A stretch of 62,667 nucleotides of DNA, filler included, from Mitosporidium daphniae (taxonomy: Eukaryota), in the NCBI RefSeq assembly GCF_000760515.2. It is 2 parts of 2 records of this genome, joined end to end, with 100 filler letters (N's around TTAATTAATTAA, not from the genome) between each part and the next. Parts side by side here need not be neighbours in the genome. Positions count along the whole stretch, not along the records: positions 31,385 to 62,667 come from NW_013546234.1; 1 more part is not named here. One strand, 5' to 3'. This document shows positions 34,942 through 47,211 of the stretch, one piece after another (the stretch's first letter is position 1; the number at the start of each line of letters is the position of its first letter). The translations under genes and the position numbers were made by a program. The notes under the pieces are model-generated. The model was not told where the DNA came from. It did not search any database and saw only the letters and a program-made list of their open reading frames with translations.

Positions 34942-35186
34942 ATGGCAAGCAGACAAATAAGCATTCAGCCAATCGAAAAAGGAAGCGCCGATTCATCGCA
35001 TTCAATAACAGACGCCTAGGGCTATTCAAAAAGGCAAACGAGTCTAGCTCTCTTTTTCGATGCCAGCTGATGACAGTGTTATTCTGCAAAGGTCGCGTAT
35101 GCCAATTTTTGTCAAGAGACTGCAGTGTCACTGCGCTAATGCTGAGGTATATCAACGAAACCAGCGAACGTTCAATTTTTCAATAA
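34942..35186 (+). pseudogene. MEF2-type MADS-box mini-gene with a one-base frameshift
   Basis: MASRQISIQPIEK and RKRRFIAFNNRRLGLFKKANE...LMLRY lie in different frames, joined at an A5 run (34976-34980). Confidence 0.75.
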
Positions 35187-35218
35187 AATTACAATTTGCC
35201 CCTTTTACACACCTCCCG

Positions 35219-37633
35219 ATGAAGATCGATTCGCTTCAAACCCTTGCCCTTCAGTTGGAAGTGTTGGTCCAACTGAAAGAGTGTTTTTTGGTTTTTGAGG
35301 AGTTTCGGACTTGCGTCGCTGAAGCCCAGCAAGATGGCCATTGCGATTCCAGTGATGGTGACAATGTTGGAGGTGCCGCGGATCAGAAAAACAGACCCGT
35401 TCATAGTATCCTGGATCCTCTGATATTTTCTTCTGATGCACAGAAAATCTTCAAGGGCCTTTCCTTGCTTGAAAAGATTGTTGTCGCCATTGAGGGCTCC
35501 GAATTGTCAAACGTCAAAAGTGCAGTTGCCAAAGCAAAGAAGTACAGTTTCCACGTTGAAAATTTCCTGATGGCCGAATTTATCGAGGCAATCCAAAATG
35601 TGCCGATGAACTTTGACTGGGCAAAAGTTGATGCGTACCTTTCACTAGCCTTTAGGTCACCTTAGAAGCCTTATGCATCCTCAAAAGGGAAGTGAAGGCT
35701 ATAGAATTTTTTGTCAATAACCACCCTATTTTCGCGGAGCTGGATGAGTTTTCCAAAGACGAGGTGGCCATTCTGGGCTCCCTTTCACTGGTCGATTCAA
35801 TCTCCTCGATCATTACGAGAATCTATTTTGACGACGTTTCGTTTCTCGAAATCCCGCCTCTTTTGGAGCTTTTTGCATTCATCAAGCGAAGGCTGCTAGA
35901 GACACATCTGCAAGTGATTTCGACTCTTTTCAGCCAGAGCAAGATTGCTGCGGTGTTTTTCCAGCTTCTTGAGCGAGTCGTATTTAGAAAAGTAATGGTT
36001 CCATTTTTACATCCAGATTGAGCCAGTCTTACAAACCATACTGAAGGTAGCATCCGGGTGTGGGGACACCGTATTTCTGTACATTGTCGATGGGGCATAC
36101 CGGACATTTCAGTCCGGGCTTGAAGAGATTTTTCATCTGTGCACCTCCCATCTGGGCTATGACCCCCAGTTTTCTACCCATATTTCTTATAGAGTTTCGT
36201 TATGCATGGAGGATCTTTTTTCGATGCACTTTAAGCCCGTTTCCATTATAACCAAAGAGAAAGAGTCTCTTGAGCATTTGTATCGAATTTTGCTAGGCGA
36301 CATGCACTTTCACAAGGTAGTGGCTTGGAATTAAAAAATCCTAGAAACCATCTGGCACGTTTTCCGATCTATTTGGCAAGGAGAGCTCTTCTTCGCCCCA
36401 ATGGACCACTTGCGAGTGTAAAACAGAGCTCATTGACCAAAAAGAGCTCGCTCGATACTGGATTCGAGACATGCCCCTGGCAAGTGTAAAGTCGGACACG
36501 GACGGAGGCGAGTATAGCCTGCTTTTGTCATCGAACATTTCCTTTGTCATCAGTGACTCGCTGGTAATTTTGAAAAAATCCATCTCGCGAGCGTCGCATC
36601 TTGTCGTGAATTTTGAACTACTGGGGGACATTTTTGAGACGCTGTTTATGACGTGGATTTCTTTTCTCGGCGATTCGTTTCTTATTCCGATCCTTTATGG
36701 GTAGGCGAAACCGGCTATTGAGACTCACGTGTTAGGCTCAAGCATTTTATCTACGCAAGCTCACGAAAACCATCGCCGGGAAATGCAGAGAGCACGGTCT
36801 CCAAATCCGAAATTTTCCAGTCCTTGATGCCGCAGATGAAATTTCTGTTCAAAAAGCTAAAAAGCATCTCGGGAGCCTGTCTGCAGTTCCAGCTCTTTTT
36901 TCAGAGTCACGCCGTACGTATTTTGCGGGGTTTCCGATTTGTTTAGGTAAACATTCCAACCAATGCGCTGGAAAGTCTCATTGGCGAGAAAAACAAGTTT
37001 CTCGGCGCTGCAGAGCTCCTCATTAACGCGACGCTATCATCGCTTTTAGAAGGCACGTACACATTTGCGCAATTTTCTAGTGTTTCTCTACCAAATCAAA
37101 CAGGAGCTTTCATGGCAAGTTTCACTTGGAGACTACTTAAAAGAGACAAGCATGGCGCAAATGAACCTGGGAAGCCCGACTTGTGTAAAAATATGTAAAA
37201 TGCTAAGCGAGGTGTCGATCCTGATATTTGACTCTGTCGGGCTGGTAAACGGCCAGCTTGCATCGAGACAATTCATTCTTAAAATAATCCGGTACTCGAG
37301 CATTCAACTATGTCATAGAATGCTGGCACTCCACTTGATGGCTGTTAAAGTCAGCCAAAATGGGGCTATCCTATTGATATGGTAAAAACAGGAACCAGGC
37401 ATAACATTAGGGATTTAAACGAATATGCAACGGCAATTGAGGCCTTTCGCTCATGTGGAGAGTCTTTGGATTCTTTTAGATCTCTTGGACAGCTGTATGT
37501 GGTCAATGCCGAGGCGCTTGCAGATCTGCTACGAGGCGAGCCATTTTCAAATATCAGCAGGGAATCTTTGAAGGCGTATGCGGGGAGCAGGGCCGATTTC
37601 AAGAAAGCCGGCCTAAAGATGCTTTTCCGCTGA
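35219..37633 (+). CDS. SEC10: Exocyst subunit Sec10 family protein, multi-exon
   Basis: All-helical composition, IEFFVNNHPIF, and a C-terminus SQNGAILLI..DLNEY...LGQLYVV.AEALADLLRGE...RADFK resembling Sec10/EXOC5. The start and some junctions are uncertain. Confidence 0.65.
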
Positions 37634-37930
37634 CTTGAATAGCAAATTGCGGCTCCGATGCGTCCAAATAAACGGATCTTTTAGATGGCCAAATATCCGC
37701 ATCTAGTCTGACATGGCATGGGTCTCGCTTAGCGACCAATAGTGGTGCGCACAATACATTTCAGCAAAATATTCCATTATAAACATCGTGAACACGAAAT
37801 TGCTTTTTCGAGTTTATTAGGGGGGGGTTCCAAGTAAAATTGCATCACTTGTAGCTTTTAATTGGCCGATTTTATAAAATTTGCCCTTTTAATAAAATTA
37901 ATTTGGATGGTCCAATAGCTGGAGCGAGGT

Positions 37931-39325
37931 ATGACTAATTTTACTTTACTGATGTTGCATGATGCACCTGCCAAAGCTGGCCAGGACATTTACCGTCAAG
38001 CCAAAAGTCCACAAGATGACGCGATGTCTTCTGCCGAGCAGTTGAAAAGCGCATACAAAAATACAACCGCACCAAAGGACAAATGGAAGGTCAACTATTA
38101 CATCTTTTTTTTCGTCGGGTTTTCATCCCTTTTTTCGTGGCATATTTTTATTAAGAACTCTTTTTTCGAGGAGCGTTTTGCATCAACCATTTTTGCCACC
38201 ACCTTTAGCAACTGGATTGCCAGAGTTTATATGGCCACAAATTTGCTTGCAATGGTTTTTTTGATGTTGCTTCCAGAAAGACTCAAGGGCTCCAATAGCC
38301 TACGTGTTTCGTTGTCTTTTTTAGGAAACGTGGCCGTGTTTCTAGCAATGACTGTATTGCCTCCTTGCGAATGGATTCCGGACACAACGTATTTCTACAT
38401 CACGCTTGTCTGTGCCGGCCTTTGTGGGTTCTTTGGCGGTGTGCTTCAAAGTTCTCTTTTTGGAATGGCGTCCGGATTTCCAAGCAGCTATGTGCAGGGC
38501 ATTATGGCCGGCCAAGGGCTTGCCGGAATGGTGTCTTCTGTAATTTTGATGGCTGCAAACATTCTTGCTGGCGACAGCATCAAGTCTCCACATGAAATTG
38601 CGATCAACGCGGCTCTTTACTTTGGACTTTCGCTTTTTTTCATCGTACTTGGATACATATCGTTCATGTATGTACAGCGTCTCGAGTTTTTCAAGTTCCA
38701 TTCCACCATGTCTGCGGCACCGGGAGCGGACCTCGATTTGTCGGATGAATCTATTCAGCCGCCTCAGCAGGGCGGAATTTTTTCCATTTTCACAAAGATG
38801 CCCTCGGCGCTGTATCCGCCTGCTGTATTTTTTGTGCTTTTCATTACGCTTTCGGCGTTTCCGTTTATTTTTAGCAACATCACCTCGTCCTCAAAGTCGG
38901 ACTCGTTCTTTTTCAGGAAGCTATTCATATCTACCGGATACCTGCTTTTTGACGTCGGAGATTACATCGGAAAATCCATGCCAGCATTTGGGCTTTTCTA
39001 CACCAAATCGCACGTGTTTATTCTTTCCTCTTCTCTTTTAAGAGTGGTGTTTATTCCACTTTTCATGTTATGCAATTTTAGAGATCACCCGGACTTTAAC
39101 GCAGCCCTGAGAATATTCTCTTCAGATGTTATCTACTTTTCGCTTGCACTGCTGTTTGGGCTGACAAACGGGTACATTTGCTCTCTTCTATTCATGAATG
39201 CGCCTCGAACCGTTCCCGAATATCTTCGCGAAAAGATGGGGGCCATCATGCCCTTCTTTCTTACTGTTGGTCTGGCTCTTGGGCCGTTCTTTGTCGGAAT
39301 AATCAGCCTTTTCCTTAAGAAATAA
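37931..39325 (+). CDS. Equilibrative nucleoside transporter (ENT/SLC29, Fun26-like)
   Basis: About 11 TM helices with GFSSLFSWHIFI, QGIMAGQGLAG, ITLSAFP, FDVGDYIGK, LRVVFIPLFMLCN and FGLTNGY. Confidence 0.95.
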   Translation: MTNFTLLMLHDAPAKAGQDIYRQAKSPQDDAMSSAEQLKSAYKNTTAPKDKWKVNYYIFFFVGFSSLFSWHIFIKNSFFEERFASTIFATTFSNWIARVYMATNLLAMVFLMLLPERLKGSNSLRVSLSFLGNVAVFLAMTVLPPCEWIPDTTYFYITLVCAGLCGFFGGVLQSSLFGMASGFPSSYVQGIMAGQGLAGMVSSVILMAANILAGDSIKSPHEIAINAALYFGLSLFFIVLGYISFMYVQRLEFFKFHSTMSAAPGADLDLSDESIQPPQQGGIFSIFTKMPSALYPPAVFFVLFITLSAFPFIFSNITSSSKSDSFFFRKLFISTGYLLFDVGDYIGKSMPAFGLFYTKSHVFILSSSLLRVVFIPLFMLCNFRDHPDFNAALRIFSSDVIYFSLALLFGLTNGYICSLLFMNAPRTVPEYLREKMGAIMPFFLTVGLALGPFFVGIISLFLKK

Positions 39326-39511
39326 ACATGCGCTATTTTAAAAGCCCAATTAATGATTTCTTCTTTTGGGCAACTTGGCAGCACAGCAGCGCCAAAGAAA
39401 ACGGATCGTTACAGCAAAAGCAAAAGTTTGTAAGCCTGGAAATCAAAAGTGCCATCTATTGTTGAGTTAAGAAAGCCGCTACATGCACCAGTTCGTTTTC
39501 TTCAAAGTTTC

Positions 39512-41281
39512 TCAATGTGTCTTGAAAGGTGTCGTTGTCGTTGTCGTCGCTATCTTGGGACGGGTTTCGGTCCGGTTTATGCTGCCCACCTTTGCAGGTA
39601 CAATTTTGCCTGCCACTGTTATCTGGATGCTGTTGGTGACGGCTGGAATTGTGCTTTTTTTTGCCGCTACGTGCACGTGTTCCAGTATTTTCAATAGAAC
39701 AAGCCCTGCAGTTTCACGGCTGCAAAACGACATGTAATATTTCGTCAGGACGTGGGAAAGTTGGAATTCAATAAAGTCAATGTACTGAATATAAAAAAAA
39801 GGATCCACGGTTTTTTCTCTGAAAACTAGCACAATATGAACGGTATGGTCTTCGGAAAGAAAAGAGAACCCCTTTGCGGGCGGTAGTTTCAATTCGGTGG
39901 CTTCCAAGAGCAGAATAAAGTCTCGAGGCGAAGCTTGCAGCAAGGCAACTTGTGCTGGAAATCCCGTTGGAAAGAGCTCTGAATAGAATAGAATTACAAA
40001 TTGCGGATGGCCCTTCATGAACGAGTAAAGCAGAGGCAGAAAGATGTTCTGGCCACACACCAGGTTGCATATGATCCTGGTCGTTTTCAACGCCATTTTG
40101 TTCTGCCCACCAATGCGCCTTCGTTTTGGCGGTTCAAAGATCTCGGCTCCTTCAAAAGTGCGAGTGCTAAGCCCCTCGGGTATCGTTAGTGAAGGGCAAC
40201 CGTGGTGGGGCACAACCCCCTGCTGTATGGACACAACATCTTCGATCGATGAGACCAGTAAATCCGAACATGATGGCCCGTTGCTTTTCTGCTCCACATT
40301 TAGTTGCAAATCGCTGCTAGTTTTGTGGTCCAAATGGTTACCGACCAGTTGGCCATACTGGAAGAATTTAATTAGCGAGCAAAAATCTGGTCCGCTGCGC
40401 CCACGGGCTTTGAGAGGAAATTGAACTTGACGCTTGAAGTCAAGAAGCTCCCTATTGATGGTAACCCTAAAACACGGATCAAATGCCACACGGGGTTTCC
40501 ATGAAGCACGGCCGAATAGGGCAATTCGTAGTTTTCGAAGGCAATTCTTTGCCTCCACGCGTTGGCTCTTTATGTGCAAGTCTGCGGCCGGGAAAGTTTG
40601 CACCGTACATAGATTGCATGCAGATTTCTCCCTTGGTGATATTTCCTGCCATTTTGGGGCTGAACAAAGCTCGAAGGGGTTGGTCCGAGATACACCGCCT
40701 TTTTGTTGACACCGTTCGGCTTCCAAGGAAGGGCTGCAAAGCGAGGGCGCTTTAAATAGTTGCATGTGCCGGAAAAGGCCGTCAAAAGAGTGCCGGACAG
40801 CAGTTTTTGGCTGCAACGAAAATGTTTCACTGCCGTTGAGGGCATTTCCCTCCATTCTATCGTTGTATGGCGTCGGTCTAAGCCGGCGAGGAAGGTCTTT
40901 TGGGGGAGAACGGGATGGCTCCATCTGGAAGGACGATGATTTAGCATTGAAGTTGCCATAAAAGCGAGGGACCATCTTTTCAATGTCAAACGGCCTTGGA
41001 CAATACGGCACGTGATAGCGAGACAAAAAGCTCTCGATCCCAGATGCGCGGCAAGCGAAAACATTGGCACCGGGTCTATGTAGCACTGACATTGTGTCCG
41101 TGCACGAAATGGTGGAAATCAGCGAATCGATGGTGTCCGGACAAATGTCCTCCTCACGGGCACCATCGATTGCGGCCGAAATGGAGCCAAGCACACGTGA
41201 TCCCAGCGTTTCAAGACGATTCGCCTTGCGAGTGGCAAACACGTAAAAGGGCTCGCATTCATCCATACATAAATGAAGCAT
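39512..41281 (-). CDS. Hypothetical protein of about 590 aa
   Basis: Long uninterrupted ORF whose first ATG follows the 32-bp duplication. No family recognised. Confidence 0.65.
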   Translation of the reverse strand: MLHLCMDECEPFYVFATRKANRLETLGSRVLGSISAAIDGAREEDICPDTIDSLISTISCTDTMSVLHRPGANVFACRASGIESFLSRYHVPYCPRPFDIEKMVPRFYGNFNAKSSSFQMEPSRSPPKDLPRRLRPTPYNDRMEGNALNGSETFSLQPKTAVRHSFDGLFRHMQLFKAPSLCSPSLEAERCQQKGGVSRTNPFELCSAPKWQEISPREKSACNLCTVQTFPAADLHIKSQRVEAKNCLRKLRIALFGRASWKPRVAFDPCFRVTINRELLDFKRQVQFPLKARGRSGPDFCSLIKFFQYGQLVGNHLDHKTSSDLQLNVEQKSNGPSCSDLLVSSIEDVVSIQQGVVPHHGCPSLTIPEGLSTRTFEGAEIFEPPKRRRIGGQNKMALKTTRIICNLVCGQNIFLPLLYSFMKGHPQFVILFYSELFPTGFPAQVALLQASPRDFILLLEATELKLPPAKGFSFLSEDHTVHIVLVFREKTVDPFFYIQYIDFIEFQLSHVLTKYYMSFCSRETAGLVLLKILEHVHVAAKKSTIPAVTNSIQITVAGKIVPAKVGSINRTETRPKIATTTTTTPFKTH

Positions 41282-41347
41282 GCTTTGCGGCCCCAACCCT
41301 ACCAACACATCATGCTTTGCGGCCCCAACCCTACCAACACATCATGC
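41279..41347. repeat. 32-bp tandem duplication CATGCTTTGCGGCCCCAACCCTACCAACACAT x2
   Basis: Exact copies at 41279-41310 and 41311-41342 plus a partial third (CATGC). Confidence 0.95.
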
Positions 41348-41493
41348 GCTGCGGCAAATCGGCCAATGCAACATCGAAGATGACATGCAAAACAGCGGCA
41401 TTAAAATGCAATTTTAGGTTTATTCAAAATGCAATTTTACGTGCATCGAAAATGCGTCTAAAGATGCCTCCAAGGGGTCGCATTTGCTGGCCA

Positions 41494-42051
41494 TCAAAGG
41501 GACATCTCTATGAATTGATCGAGACGCGAAGTAAATATAAGAAAACTGCTTTGGTAACTACAGCACATTAGAGCATAATGTCGGGCTTACAATTGCAAGA
41601 TGATGCCTGTTTCGTCGGTTGGATCGTGGGCCCACTCGATTCGATTTTCGCACATTTCCTCAAACTCGTCGCAATTTACGAGGGCAATCTCTTTGACCAA
41701 ATTGATAAACCGATAGTTGGAAATCAGGACTTCCAAGAGCTTGTCCATCAGCCCCCCAAGGCTTTCTTTGAGCTCTGTTTCCTTCAAACGTGCAAAGATC
41801 GCGGCAGCGGTATAAAAGTCCTGGGTCTCAATGGCCTCAATGTATTTTGTCCACTCGTCTGACAGGAAAAAGTTTCTGGCCGGGTGAAAAACATTTTTTG
41901 GGCTGTCACTCTTGGTTTGCACCAACACAAGTGCAATCGGCCTGGAAAGGATAAAATCGTTGAGCTCGTCTTCGGAGGTCACAATGGCCACGCTAGCTAG
42001 AAGCACGCCAAATAGGGCAAAACACACAACAAACAATGGCAGGATTCTCAT
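41494..42051 (-). CDS. Signal-peptide protein with a possible redox-inactive thioredoxin-like fold
   Basis: MRILPLFVVCFALFGVLLA signal, then VTSEDELNDFILSRPIALVLV and IALVNCDEFEEMC, which recall PDI-type thioredoxin elements without CxxC. Probable intron at 41558-41590. Confidence 0.55.
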
Positions 42052-42368
42052 ACAAAGTATCGCTACAAGAAGACAGTAAATGCCATTGATGTGTGTGATA
42101 TAAACAGTGGATGGTTGCCAAATCAAAATCTGGCACTGATCAATTTGAACCCGTGCTATTGAAAATTGCTGCAGGTCCATTGTTTGTTTGGCCAACATTT
42201 GACTGACTGACTGATTGCAGACATGTAAGCGAGTGCAGGCTTTTAATTGGCTTATCAACAAACTGAGATGTTTATCTTTCCAATGTTAAATACGAACTGC
42301 CCTTAAAGTTTATTAAATTCTGCAATCGGTATGTACAATATGCTTTCAAAGATTGGCATGTTTACGGG

Positions 42369-44075
42369 CTAAGCACTGCTTCTGTCGCCGGTGGCATACA
42401 AATGCTGCGTTTTCGACGGTACTGGTGCAAGCAGCGATCCAAACCTCTCCTTCAAGTGCGAAACACGGCTCGCGATTTCGGATGGAAATAGAAGCGGGTC
42501 GCTTGTGAGCACCTTGTATTTGAAGGCATCAACAGCGCCCCTCAGGGCCGACGCATTGGACGCAAGGATGGGATGATTGAGCCTTGCAAGCAAGTAGCCA
42601 AGCTCGTCTTTTAGCGAAAGCGTTGACTGTTTGTTTGTCTCCTCAATGCCATCTACGCAATCGATGATGGCGTTGTAGCGCACAGATTCGGTTTCGCCAT
42701 CAAGGCTCTTTTTTTCGCCTTCATCTTTATGGCCATCGTTCGCAATGCTATCCACGTCGAGCCGAACTTTAAGCGTGGCCGTCATTCCTCTTGCATCGTA
42801 GAAAGAAATGGTGGAAAGAAAAATTGCAGGGATCGAAGCATCAGAAAAATTCTCGTCAAATTCACCACTGCTCGGCTGGGCTGCTTTCGCCCACGGAGCA
42901 GGGTCTTCTGGGCATGGGGATTGCATTGGGCTATCTGAAAATAGACATGATGGCGAGGGGTTAGCATAGCTAGCATGTGGAGAATGGGGCGCAGCATATT
43001 GCGGCGCACATGCCAGAGCAGGATCATGTGCGTGAGAATATTGAATGTGGGATTGGTGTTCGTAATGCATTGCCCTATTTGCAATCACATATGGCGCCGA
43101 ATCTGCACGCCGCCGCAGCGTGCCATTAAGGAGCTTCTCTTGACGCAATACCCTTCTGGAGCGGGAAACATTAAATCGGTTCCGATACGAGTCCACTGCC
43201 CGCTGAATGAGCCCCCGCTTTCCCGCTAACGTGTCAAGGTTAATCCATGTCAGCCTCCATGCAATGTCGTTGACAGAGGTCTCATATTCGTATCGGTTGC
43301 CCTTATATTGCGACCGGTCTCCCATGGCCCGTCGGTAGACGCAATTTTTTAGCTTGAACGATTCGGGCAGCGAGTCGGAGGCAATCGAATCAATGTCCGC
43401 CTTGATGCAATATTCCTGCAAGGCACCTCTGGAGGAGTAAACAAATCTCAAAAGAGACGGCCCTGCACACGAGGCATACTCTCCCCCTGTGGCCACATTG
43501 ATCATCATTGAAAGCTTATCCGGGGTCTCGATAAGGGCATTTCCCCCGGCCTCCTGCAGTCGACTGGAGTGTGGAATCACGTGGCGGTCCAGAAGACGCT
43601 TCTTGGAGATGGCATCTGTCGATGCAAGCCGCTTGAGTTTGCGCACGTTCCGACCAAGTTCGATAAGTTGCTCGGAAGAAAGAAAAGCCAACACTTCCTC
43701 TGCAGAGCCTTGCAGCAATCGCGTCAGAGCCAAAGCAGAAAGATGAGCATCTTCTGTGGTTTGTGCAGCTCCCTTTGCCATGGCTTCGGAAGAGCCAGCA
43801 TGTGGGGTGAGGCTCGTTTGCGGCAAATGAGAACCAAGTGCTGCCGATGGAATTTGCGGTGAAACCTGAGGAGCCATCTGATGGGGCAAATGCGCTGCCG
43901 TTGCATAGCGATGGTAGGAGGGATCGATCCAGCCGCTATGGCCATCATCAGAGGCAATTTGAACATGATTTGAATGGTTGGGTATGACTATTGCACGGGA
44001 AAAGATATGCTCGTCGCTGATGTGGGGGACATTATTTGCGATGTGGTGATTGGTTTTAGTGTTACTGTAAATCAT
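42369..44075 (-). CDS. Fungal conserved uncharacterised protein (possibly S. pombe Adn1-like putative regulator)
   Basis: 568-aa ORF with EYCIKADID...NCVYRRA...YKGNRYEYETSVN..AWRL...LAGKRGLIQRAVDSYRN, a block I recall from fungal hypothetical proteins. Confidence 0.75.
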   Translation of the reverse strand: MIYSNTKTNHHIANNVPHISDEHIFSRAIVIPNHSNHVQIASDDGHSGWIDPSYHRYATAAHLPHQMAPQVSPQIPSAALGSHLPQTSLTPHAGSSEAMAKGAAQTTEDAHLSALALTRLLQGSAEEVLAFLSSEQLIELGRNVRKLKRLASTDAISKKRLLDRHVIPHSSRLQEAGGNALIETPDKLSMMINVATGGEYASCAGPSLLRFVYSSRGALQEYCIKADIDSIASDSLPESFKLKNCVYRRAMGDRSQYKGNRYEYETSVNDIAWRLTWINLDTLAGKRGLIQRAVDSYRNRFNVSRSRRVLRQEKLLNGTLRRRADSAPYVIANRAMHYEHQSHIQYSHAHDPALACAPQYAAPHSPHASYANPSPSCLFSDSPMQSPCPEDPAPWAKAAQPSSGEFDENFSDASIPAIFLSTISFYDARGMTATLKVRLDVDSIANDGHKDEGEKKSLDGETESVRYNAIIDCVDGIEETNKQSTLSLKDELGYLLARLNHPILASNASALRGAVDAFKYKVLTSDPLLFPSEIASRVSHLKERFGSLLAPVPSKTQHLYATGDRSSA

Positions 44076-44386
44076 GGGCTCTTCTTGCTCTACAAGGGAC
44101 CCTGCCTGTTGTGCAAAATTTTTTTGCTAATTTTATTTATTTTAATTAAAATTCAGGCCACAATGCAGTTGCATTGAAGAAATTCGCCATTGACATGCCG
44201 ATGGACGTGCCCCGTGCGTGGCCACGCTAGGTCTCAGCGTGGCGCGGCATGCGCGAGGCTGACACTCTAAAACGGGGTTAGGTTATTTACATGCTTGCTG
44301 CCAGCGGTGGGCTACATCCATACCCGATCACGCGAGTTCCAAAAGCATTTCAGTTTATTTATTAGCAGCAGCCATGCATAATGCTG

Positions 44387-45969
<1,583 letters not shown>

Positions 45970-46073
45970 GGAATTGATACGGGTTTACAAAAATAAAATC
46001 GTCAGCGATTGATGATGGAATTGTTGCACAAGCAATTCGCAACCTTTAAATTTTAATTTGGGATATCCGGCCA

Positions 46074-46686
46074 ATGAACAAACTCTGTAGATATGTTCGC
46101 CCGTGTCGATCCGTAGGCCGGCTGTGCTTCGCCACAACAACGTCCAGCACAGCAGAAAGCGTCCTCCGATTGACATTAACATCGCCGCACAACACGTATT
46201 TCAAGGCGACACCCATCAAACAGGTACTGTAGCACCGTCAACCAAAGGCCAACATAGAGTCCACCACGGGCGCCATGGGTATCTTGGCAGCACACGTGCC
46301 TACCATCCAGCAACTGGCACCCGGCCTGATTGAAATTTTCCCCATCGAAGGTGACCAGAAATCGCAGACCAGCTCGTCTGTGAGCCCAACCCCAATCTCG
46401 GCCACCAAGTTCTTCGGTATCTGTTCTCTGATTTCTAAAAAATAGCCAGCGGTGGGTTTGCCGTCATGAATCCGGACTCATCGCTCGTTATCTCTGCATC
46501 TGAGGTATGGCCGCTGTCAGCGTTCGTGCCAGAGGTACCTTGATCGGCTGATTTTAGGTTGTCGAACAGCTCAAGGAAAGGACAAGTATCCATCTTGCCC
46601 AGGTGTCAACTGAAATTGACAAGACCACTGCCGCCATTGCACTTGATCTTCTCACGAAGCTCTCTGCAGCGCTCTCCTCAAAATAA
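46074..46686 (+). CDS. ATP16: Mitochondrial F1 ATP synthase delta subunit
   Basis: Not in the ORF track. The spliced product (introns 46224-46247, 46417-46445, 46535-46557) reads MNKLCRYVRP...LRLTLTSPH...GAMGILAAHVPTIQQLAPGLIEI...KFFASGGFAVMNPDSSLVISASE. Confidence 0.93.
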
Positions 46687-47211
46687 AGCGGTGCTAAAAA
46701 TAGCGAGCATAAGATGCATGATGCCGATGCATGTATTTGGTAAAAAGCGGGGGAAGGCAGGCGAGGGTTCACTCACCACTTGAAATTTAAACGGTGAAAT
46801 TTCAAGTGCAAATCACCTTTTTCGTGTGAAAATTCGTCCATTAGCTTCACCTATTATGCATTGCCTTCAATGTCATCTGCAATGTGTACTAGACATCGAA
46901 TTAATCGATGTGCACATGCTGATGTTGATGATCAGTAAAGCCGCTTACTGGTTAAAATTAAGTAAAATCGCTTGAAATCGGCCAATCACAGGCCATTTAC
47001 GTCTCACGGCACGGATCGCAAAATGCGAATCATTAAACTTTCAACAATTGATGGGAAATAGATCACTTTGGATCTTATCAAAAAAATCATCGGAATCAGT
47101 TGTAATCAAGACGCCGATCACTAGCATTGAATAAAGTGTCTGGGATTCGCGCGAATTCAAATACTCATCGCAGTAGATCCCATATTTTGTTAGTAATCCC
47201 ACCAACCATAA

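Noticed and set aside
35060..35218. Dual-coding overlap of the Sec10-like ORF with the MADS box
   Set aside because: A downstream ATG at 35219 after an AAAATT tract is the simpler start.
39456..39665. Alternative acidic C-terminus of the 590-aa ORF via a shift at an A8 run
   Set aside because: There is no homology evidence to prefer it over the uninterrupted frame.
46396..46430. U2 snRNA-like CTCGGCC...GTATCTGTTCT
   Set aside because: It lacks the GTGTAGTA branch-pairing sequence and is explained by an ATP16 exon and intron donor.
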